DNA of 13,005 nt from Candidatus Methylomirabilia bacterium (lineage in GTDB: Bacteria; Methylomirabilota; Methylomirabilia; Rokubacteriales; CSP1-6). The translations under genes and the position numbers were made by a program. Below the pieces are notes generated by a model. The model saw nothing but the letters and a program-made list of their open reading frames with translations, did no database searches and was not told the DNA's origin. Each line of letters begins with the position of its first letter. Position 1 is the first letter of the stretch. Below are positions 7,198 to 13,005 of this stretch, piece by piece. The stretch lies in assembly GCA_041492755.1 (NCBI GenBank), contig JBGPXN010000130.1, positions 1 through 13,005 of the forward strand. The letters are read 5' to 3'.

Positions 7198-8319
7198 CTA
7201 CAGGCCGTGGCGCGGGAAGATGAGGCGCTGGACGGCGTCGACCTGGCGGGAGGCGTACTCGCGGGCGCGGCGCACGTGGTCCGCGTCGATCGCGACGGCG
7301 GGATCCCACAGCGAGCGTGAGCGGAACCAGCGCGCGTGCTCGAAGAAACTCGCTGGAATCTCTTCCGGGAGATCGACACCGGCCATGACGGCCCACGCGG
7401 CCGTCCACGCGCGCGCCACGTTCTCGAGGTCGTAGCCACCGCCACCAAGCGCCACGAGTCGCGGCGCGGCCGCGACGATCTTTCGCACGGCCTCCGTGAA
7501 GCCCTGCACGTCGAGGGCGAGGTGCGTGAGCGGGTCGGTGCGGTGCGAATCGATCCCGAGCTGCGCCACGACGACGTCCGGCTGGAACGCGTGGAGCAGC
7601 GGCAGCACCACGGCGTCGAAGGCCGGGTGATAGACGCTCGGGTCGGTCAGCACGTCGAGCGGTAGGTTGACCGCGAAGCCGTAGCCCTCGCCGTCTCCCA
7701 TCTCCTCCACGAAGCCGGTGCCCGGAAAGAGCCGATCGCCACGCTCGTGGGTCGAGATCGTCAGCACGTTCGGATCGCCATAGAATGCGGCCTGCACGCC
7801 ATCACCGTGGTGCGCGTCGATGTCGACGTAGGCCACGCGCAGCCGCTGCGCGCGCAGGTAGAGGATCGCGAGCACCGCGTCGTTGACGTAGCAGAAGCCC
7901 GAGGCGCGATCGGCCATCGCGTGGTGCAGCCCACCCGCGAAATGGAACGCGCGCTCGACCTTGCCGCCGGCGACCAGGCGCGCGGCAAGCAGCGAGCCGC
8001 CGGCGACGAGGCGGGCGGCGTTCCAGAGTCCCGGGAACACCGGATTGTCGCCGGGACCGAGCCCGTAGCGGCCCACGAGCCCGGGCGCCTGTCCGCTGTT
8101 CGCGGCACGGAGCACGTCCAGGTATTCCTCGGTGTGAAACGTCCGCAGCGCGGCCTCGTCGGCCGCCTCCGGCGCCTTCACCAGCGTGCCGGGCGCCGCG
8201 GTGAGCCCGTAGGCTTCCATCAAGCGCCACGTCAAGCCCAGGCGCTCCATGCGGAGCGGATGCTCCGGTCCATAATCGAACCGGGTCCACTCCTCCGAAT
8301 GGACGAGCGCCGCCTTCAC
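7198..8319 (-). CDS. acuC: Zn-dependent histone-deacetylase-family protein, AcuC-like
   Basis: [26 protein letters not shown]...[49 protein letters not shown] start overlaps the moaC TGA. Confidence 0.92.
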   Translation of the reverse strand: MKAALVHSEEWTRFDYGPEHPLRMERLGLTWRLMEAYGLTAAPGTLVKAPEAADEAALRTFHTEEYLDVLRAANSGQAPGLVGRYGLGPGDNPVFPGLWNAARLVAGGSLLAARLVAGGKVERAFHFAGGLHHAMADRASGFCYVNDAVLAILYLRAQRLRVAYVDIDAHHGDGVQAAFYGDPNVLTISTHERGDRLFPGTGFVEEMGDGEGYGFAVNLPLDVLTDPSVYHPAFDAVVLPLLHAFQPDVVVAQLGIDSHRTDPLTHLALDVQGFTEAVRKIVAAAPRLVALGGGGYDLENVARAWTAAWAVMAGVDLPEEIPASFFEHARWFRSRSLWDPAVAIDADHVRRAREYASRQVDAVQRLIFPRHGL

Positions 8320-8840
8320 CGCGCCCGCCGCCAGGTGCCCGACTTGCCGCCCGACTTCTCCAGGAGCTGCACGTCGGCGATGGTGACGCCCTTCTCGATG
8401 GCCTTCACCATGTCATAGACGGTGAGCGCGGCCACGCTGACCGCGGTGAGCGCTTCCATCTCGACCCCGGTCTTGTCGGTCGTGCGCACGCGCGCTTCGA
8501 CGGTGAGTTCGCCACGGCGCAGGTCGTCGTGGAACGTCACGTCGATGCCGGTGAGTCGAAGCGGGTGGCAGAGCGGGATGAGCTCGGGCGTGCGCTTGGC
8601 GGCCAGGATCGCGGCCGTGCGCGCCACCCCGAGCACGTCGCCCTTCGGCGCGTTGCCCCGCCGGATGGCGCGCAGGGTCTTCGGGAGCATGCGCAGGCGC
8701 GCGCGGGCGACCGCTTCGCGAACGGTCTCCGCCTTCGCGGAGACGTCGACCATGCGAGCGTCTCCCTGCGCAGAAAGATGCGTCAGAGGCGAGGGCCGGG
8801 CCTGGCCGCGGAACAAGGCCCGGCCCCCGTTCCGGGCCAT
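8316..8840 (-). CDS. moaC: Cyclic pyranopterin monophosphate synthase MoaC
   Basis: LTHL...[72 protein letters not shown] 8838-8840 is the likely start. Confidence 0.96.
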   Translation of the reverse strand: MARNGGRALFRGQARPSPLTHLSAQGDARMVDVSAKAETVREAVARARLRMLPKTLRAIRRGNAPKGDVLGVARTAAILAAKRTPELIPLCHPLRLTGIDVTFHDDLRRGELTVEARVRTTDKTGVEMEALTAVSVAALTVYDMVKAIEKGVTIADVQLLEKSGGKSGTWRRAR

Positions 8841-8854
8841 GCGCGCGCCTCGGT

Positions 8855-9079
8855 TCAGGCCGTGATGGGCCGGGCGCCCTTGATGATGGCCTCCATCCGA
8901 TCCTTGGCCATCAGCTTCAACTTCTTCAGCTCCGTGACGCGCCACTGCGCTCCTGCCGAGAGCGGGGCCGTTCCGTTGAGCGCCTCGAGCTCGGCATCGT
9001 ACTGACGATGCTCGCCTCGAAGGCGACGGAACTCCTCGTTCTCGGCGATCAGTCTTTCGATGAGGCTCTCCTGGGTCAT
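8855..9079 (-). CDS. DUF465/YdcH-family small coiled-coil protein, 74 aa
   Basis: [34 protein letters not shown]...[16 protein letters not shown]. Strong SD GAAGGAGG. Confidence 0.85.
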   Translation of the reverse strand: MTQESLIERLIAENEEFRRLRGEHRQYDAELEALNGTAPLSAGAQWRVTELKKLKLMAKDRMEAIIKGARPITA

Positions 9080-9222
9080 GCTTGGCCTCCTTCGGCGGGG
9101 CGCACGAGCGGGTGCAAGGGGGGAACGACGAACTGAGCCAAAGTACCGGCGGACCTCGACGTCACGAAAAGGTCGATCAATACCAACCCCCGTCCACGAC
9201 ACTGCTGGTTGCGGGTGACTGA

Positions 9223-9252
9223 CTTATAGCCTCGGCCGGGCGGGGGTGTCAA
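9223..9252 (-). promoter_or_regulatory. Sigma70-type promoter TTGACA-N18-TATAAG for DUF465-moaC-acuC
   Basis: Perfect -35 (9252-9247) and 5/6 -10 (9228-9223) on the minus strand, in a GC-rich genome. Confidence 0.7.
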
Positions 9253-9481
9253 GCACGAGGGCGGGCGGACACACCGCGTCGCCAACGACCGAGCGAGGGC
9301 CAGCCGGGCACGCCGACCGCGGCCGCCCAAATTTCGACATCAGCCCATCGCGTAGGCGTCCGGCAGACCGAGCTGGAACTGGCCGAGGCTCTCGTAGGCC
9401 GAGTCACTGACCAAGCAGCATCCGTCGCTTGTCGCCGCGGTCATCGGACAACGTCAGCGTCATGGTGGGCCGGCCGCGACT

Positions 9482-10564
9482 CTACCGGATCACGTACGCC
9501 GCGCTCGCTTCGAACACGGCCACGACGGGAACGCCCGCCGTCAGGCCGAGCTCGGCCACGGAGCCTGGCGTGACGATCGCCACCAGCGGAAAGCCGCAGT
9601 CGACGACGACGCGGACGCCGGCCGTGGAGCGCGTGACCTGGGTCACGGTCGCCGGCAGATGATTGCGCGCGTTCCCCAATGCCGCGACCGCCGTCGGCCG
9701 GGCCAGCGTCACGTCTTCGGGCCGAATGCAGAGCCGCACGCGCTCGCCCGCCTCGCCCGCCGTCGCGACCTCGAGCTTGCACCCCGCCACCTCGACGACG
9801 GCGAGCCCGGGCTGGGTCGAGATCACTTCACCCGTGACGATGGTTTCCACGCCGATGAAGCGCGCGACGTCCTCGGACGCTGGCGTCTGGAATACCCGGG
9901 CGGTCTCCCCGACCTGCCGCAGGCGGCCCGCCATGAGCACGGCGACACGGTCGGCCAGCGCCTGCGCTTCGGCACGATCGTGGGTGACGATCACGGTGGT
10001 GATGCGCTCGGCACGCAGGATACGGGTGAGATCGGAGACCAGCGCGGCGCGTGTCGGCTGGTCCAGACCGGCGAACGGCTCGTCGAGCAGCAGCACTTCG
10101 GGGCCGAGCACCAACGCCCGCGCCAGCGCGACGCGCTGCGCTTCCCCCCCCGAGAGCGTCACCGCCCGGCGCTCGCGGAGGGACGCGATGCCGAGCTGCT
10201 CCATCCACTGATCCACCCGCGGGTGGCCGGTGGTCGCGGGCTCCCCGCGGAAGCGCAGGCCGAGGCCGACGTTGGCGGCCACGGTCATGTCGGCGAGGAG
10301 CGGCTGCTGGAAGACCATCGCCATGCGGCGGCGCACGGCGAGCCGATCCCGTGGCTCCACCGCCCGACCGTGGAACAGCACCGTCCCCGTCGCGGGCGAT
10401 TCCAGCAGGCCCATCACGCGGAGCAACGTCGATTTGCCGCTCCCGTTGGGGCCGATGACCCCGAGCACCTCTCCGGCGCACGCGTCGAGGCGCGGCACGT
10501 CGACGACCACCGCGCCGTCGTAGACGGCCCGCACGGCGGCGACGGCGAGCGGCGGCGGCGTCAT
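9482..10564 (-). CDS. ABC transporter ATPase with C-terminal TOBE domains, tungstate/molybdate TupC-like, 360 aa
   Basis: GPNGSGKST, VFQQPLL, LSGGEAQRVALAR, LLLDEPF, VTHD, and TOBE-like ARNHLPATV...LVAIVTPGSVAELGL...FEASA. ATG overlaps the upstream stop (TGATG). Confidence 0.88.
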   Translation of the reverse strand: MTPPPLAVAAVRAVYDGAVVVDVPRLDACAGEVLGVIGPNGSGKSTLLRVMGLLESPATGTVLFHGRAVEPRDRLAVRRRMAMVFQQPLLADMTVAANVGLGLRFRGEPATTGHPRVDQWMEQLGIASLRERRAVTLSGGEAQRVALARALVLGPEVLLLDEPFAGLDQPTRAALVSDLTRILRAERITTVIVTHDRAEAQALADRVAVLMAGRLRQVGETARVFQTPASEDVARFIGVETIVTGEVISTQPGLAVVEVAGCKLEVATAGEAGERVRLCIRPEDVTLARPTAVAALGNARNHLPATVTQVTRSTAGVRVVVDCGFPLVAIVTPGSVAELGLTAGVPVVAVFEASAAYVIR

Positions 10565-11691
10565 CAGGCGGGCAACACGTGGATCGAGCCGCGGTGGATC
10601 GAGAGCTGCCAGCGGCGATCGCGATCGATCTCGAGGATCTCGTAGACGAGTCGCGGCACTTCGACCTCGAGGTCGTACCCGCCCTGGACCGCCGCGCCGG
10701 GCTCGTCGAGGCGGATGCGGAGCGTCCACGTGGTGCCGAGATCCACGTCGCTCACGATCACGCCGGACATGAGGTTCATGTGGTGCTCGGGATCGGGCGC
10801 GCCACGGTCCTTGCGGATGAGGCGCACGTACTCCGGGCGGATGAAGAACGCGATCGGTGACTCGGGCGGCGGCAGGTAGGCGCGGGTCGGCGAGTTCACC
10901 GCCTCCAGGAGCTGACCGCGCCAGCGAAGCTGGATGCGGTCGGGCGTGGCCTTCACGACCGTGCCGTGGAAGACGTTGCGAATCCCCATGATCCCGGCGA
11001 CGGCTTCCGACGCGGGCCGCCACAGCAGCTCGGAGCGCGGCGCCGCCTGCACGACGCGGCCGGCGTCGTAGACCACGATGCGGTCGGCCAGTTGATACGC
11101 CTCGGCGAAGTCGTGGGTGACGAGGACCGCGGCCGTCCCCGCGGTGCGGAGCACCTCGCGGAGATCGTCGCGGAGCGCGCGCCGCGTCGGCGCATCGAGC
11201 GCGGACAGCGGCTCGTCGAGGAGCAGCAGCGCCGGGTCGATGGCGAGCGCGCGCCCGAGCGCCACGCGCTGGCGCTGGCCACCGGACAGCTCGCGCGGAT
11301 CACGATCGTCGAGGCCGCCCAGTCCCAGGCGCTCCAGCATCTCACCCGCTCGGCGCCGCCGCTCGGCGCGGGGGCGATCACGCAAGCCGAACGCGACGTT
11401 CTCGCCAACGCTGAGGTGCGGGAAGAGCGCGTAGCCCTGGAACACGTAGCCGATGCGGCGCGCCTGCGGCGGAAGATCGACGCCGGCCGACGTGTCCAGG
11501 AACACCCGATCGTCGATCACGATCCGGCCGGCGTCCGGGCGAATCAACCCGGCCAGGCACTGTAGCGTCAGCGTCTTGCCGGCGCCGGAGGGCCCGAAGA
11601 GCACGGCGACGCCGTCACCCCCGGTCCACGCCACGTCGAGCGAGAAGCCGGGGAGCGCGGCCCGAAGCGCGACGTCGAGTCGCCGGCTCAT
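10564..11691 (-). CDS. modC: Molybdate ABC transporter ATPase, ModC-like, 375 aa
   Basis: FSLDVAW...LFGPSGAGKTLTLQCLAGLIRPDAGRI...DLPPQARRIGYVFQGYALFPHLSV is a ModC-type N-terminus, followed by LSGGQ, LLLDEP and VTHD. Confidence 0.8.
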   Translation of the reverse strand: MSRRLDVALRAALPGFSLDVAWTGGDGVAVLFGPSGAGKTLTLQCLAGLIRPDAGRIVIDDRVFLDTSAGVDLPPQARRIGYVFQGYALFPHLSVGENVAFGLRDRPRAERRRRAGEMLERLGLGGLDDRDPRELSGGQRQRVALGRALAIDPALLLLDEPLSALDAPTRRALRDDLREVLRTAGTAAVLVTHDFAEAYQLADRIVVYDAGRVVQAAPRSELLWRPASEAVAGIMGIRNVFHGTVVKATPDRIQLRWRGQLLEAVNSPTRAYLPPPESPIAFFIRPEYVRLIRKDRGAPDPEHHMNLMSGVIVSDVDLGTTWTLRIRLDEPGAAVQGGYDLEVEVPRLVYEILEIDRDRRWQLSIHRGSIHVLPA

Positions 11692-11810
11692 GTCGCGCCC
11701 GCGCGGAGGCGGCCGGCGACCAGCAGCACCGCGAACGAGAGAACGGTCAACCGCGTGGTCGCAGGCCAAAGGCGGAGTACCCGCGCGATCAACGACACCA
11801 CGAGCCGCAT
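11688..11810 (-). pseudogene. 40-codon ORF, probable deletion scar of modA(5')/modB(3')
   Basis: MRLVVSLIARVLRLWPATTRLTVLSFAVLLVAGRLRAGAT*. The TGA overlaps the modC ATG (ATGA). The C-terminal half resembles the last TM helix of a ModB-type permease and the N-terminal half resembles the start of a signal peptide. Confidence 0.5.
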
Positions 11811-11817
11811 TCGTTCG

Positions 11818-11826
11818 ATTATGCCA
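11818..11826 (-). promoter_or_regulatory. Extended -10 (TGgCATAAT) 7 nt before ATG 11810, leaderless-type promoter
   Basis: Minus strand reads gggTGgCATAATcgaacgaATG. Confidence 0.5.
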
Positions 11827-11880
11827 CCCCGACTGGTCACGCTTGACCCTTCAGCACACGCCGGCGACGCCCGGCCCGGC

Positions 11881-12576
11881 TCAGCCCGCGCGCTGCTGCT
11901 GCACGGAGGTCAGGATCCAGTTCACCGCGAAGACGAGCGCGAGCAGCAGGATCGCCAGTGCGATGGCGATCTCGAAGTTGCCCTTGCCCGTCTCCAGCGC
12001 CATGGCCGTGGTCAGCGTCCGCGTCTGCCCCTTGATGTTGCCGCCCACCATCATGGACGCCCCGATCTCGGAGATGACGCCACCGAATCCCGCCATCACC
12101 GCGGCCAGCATCGGCAGACGCGCCTCCCGCAAGACCACGGCGACCATCTGGACACGCGACGCGCCGAGGCCGAGAAGCTGCAGCCGGAACGCGGGCGGAA
12201 CGTTCTGGACCGCGGCCAGCGTGATACCGGTGACGATCGGCGCGGCGATCACCGCCTGCGCGAGCACGATGGCCGCCGGCGTGTAGAGCATCTCCAGCAC
12301 GCCCAGCGGCCCGCTGCGCCACAACACGATCGACACGAACAACCCGACCACCACCGGCGGCAGCCCCATGCCCGCGTTCACTGCGGCCACGAGGAGGCGC
12401 CGACCGGGAAAGCGCGTGAGCGCCAGCACCGTCCCGAGCGGAATTCCGACGAGGAGCGCCAGCAGCGTCGCCGTGCCGGAGACGGCGAGCGAGAACCGCA
12501 AGATCGCCCACACCTCGCCGTCACCGCCCAAGAGCAGCCCCAGCGCCTGCCGTCCGCCCTGAAGCAGCAGGTCCAC
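11881..12576 (-). CDS. tupB: Tungstate ABC transporter permease TupB-like
   Basis: SLAVSGTATLLALLVGIPLG...GMGLPPVVVGL...RSGPLG...LYTPAAIVLAQ...AGFGGVISEIGASMMVGGNIKGQTRTLTTAMALETGKGNF is a typical TupB pattern. Confidence 0.9.
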   Translation of the reverse strand: MDLLLQGGRQALGLLLGGDGEVWAILRFSLAVSGTATLLALLVGIPLGTVLALTRFPGRRLLVAAVNAGMGLPPVVVGLFVSIVLWRSGPLGVLEMLYTPAAIVLAQAVIAAPIVTGITLAAVQNVPPAFRLQLLGLGASRVQMVAVVLREARLPMLAAVMAGFGGVISEIGASMMVGGNIKGQTRTLTTAMALETGKGNFEIAIALAILLLALVFAVNWILTSVQQQRAG

Positions 12577-12630
12577 CCCTATCCGTCCTCGCGCAGGCCG
12601 TGCCGAGTCATACGACCGTCATGCCCCGGC

Positions 12631-12656
12631 TCATTATGTCCTACCCGGCATAACGA
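12631..12656. promoter_or_regulatory. ModE-type operator TCATTATGTC-N6-GGCATAACGA upstream of tupB
   Basis: 8/10 inverted repeat with a 6-nt spacer, the same geometry as the ModE consensus TCGnTATATA-N6-TATATAnCGA. It lies about 55 nt upstream of a Mo/W transporter and contains a minus-strand CATAAT -10-like hexamer. Confidence 0.7.
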
Positions 12657-12746
12657 CAGATAGGCATCATGTCGCCGCCGACGGCGAACGCCATCGCGGC
12701 CCCGAGAGGAACGACGCGCAGGAGCGCGGGTCCGGCGGCGCCCGCG

Positions 12747-12890
12747 CCGCTAGCCTGGATTATTCATGAGCGACGAGCGGGAGGCCGGGCGGGTGGCGCA
12801 GGGTAGAGCCCCGGCTCCACGGGGCTCCGCCCTGCGCCAGGTCCCGCCCGCCTCGCGCTCCGAGCGCTCATGAATAATCCAGGCTAGCGG
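12747..12890. mobile_element. Non-autonomous MITE/REP-like palindromic element with 26-bp perfect terminal inverted repeat
   Basis: CCGCTAGCCTGGATTATTCATGAGCG (12747-12772) and its exact reverse complement (12865-12890). The interior is also self-complementary (CGGGCGGG/CCCGCCCG, TGGCGCAGGG/CCCTGCGCCA, GAGCCCCG/CGGGGCTC). CTAG near both ends; no coding capacity. Confidence 0.8.
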
Positions 12891-13005
12891 GGCGGCGTGA
12901 GCACGCGGCCGGTGCCGGCGGCGTGGAACCGCCCGCCGTCGACGACGACGTCGCCGTTGACCACCACGTAGGGGATCCCCGTCGGATGACGGTGGGGATC
13001 GGCGA
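12884..13005 (-). CDS. N-acyl-D-amino-acid deacylase (D-aminoacylase)/amidohydrolase, C-terminal end (starts beyond right edge)
   Basis: Hand translation ADPHRHPTGIPYVVVNGDVVVDGGRFHAAGTGRVLTPPR* matches the amidohydrolase-3 C-terminal pattern DP....GI.YV.VNG..VV..G......GRVL. Confidence 0.8.
   Translation of the reverse strand, partial: ADPHRHPTGIPYVVVNGDVVVDGGRFHAAGTGRVLTPPR

Noticed and set aside
9080..9222. Moco riboswitch call upstream of moaC
   Set aside because: I could not match the conserved Moco motif elements by eye; kept only as a low-score leader candidate.
12747..12890. CRISPR repeat or tRNA/ncRNA interpretation of the palindrome
   Set aside because: Only two copies in inverted orientation, no spacer array, no cas genes, no cloverleaf.

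Overview
High-GC (roughly 70% by eye) bacterial chromosomal window of mostly core genes. Gene style is compatible with Ca. Rokubacteria/Methylomirabilota, but that is inference only. Minus strand, left: a coupled operon tmk-holB-ricT(PSP1)-metG-79 aa hypothetical-DUF2914-type membrane protein-NPP/alkaline-phosphatase-family gene (runs off the left edge). Plus strand, middle: an RRM RNA-binding protein, a basic 100 aa protein, a decayed slyD/FKBP fragment and rpsU. Minus strand, right: DUF465-moaC-acuC-type deacetylase, and a Mo/W uptake cluster (tupB, a 40-codon scar, a modC-like ATPase, a tupC-like ATPase) behind a ModE-type operator. The window ends with a 144-bp MITE-like palindrome in the stop codon of a D-aminoacylase-like gene. 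I see no clear new multi-gene system. The most interesting signals are non-coding or sub-ORF: an SD-sequestering hairpin on the RRM gene, a probable modA/modB deletion scar inside the tup cluster, a hidden slyD remnant whose stop codon overlaps the rpsU RBS, a likely CTG start codon, and the MITE.
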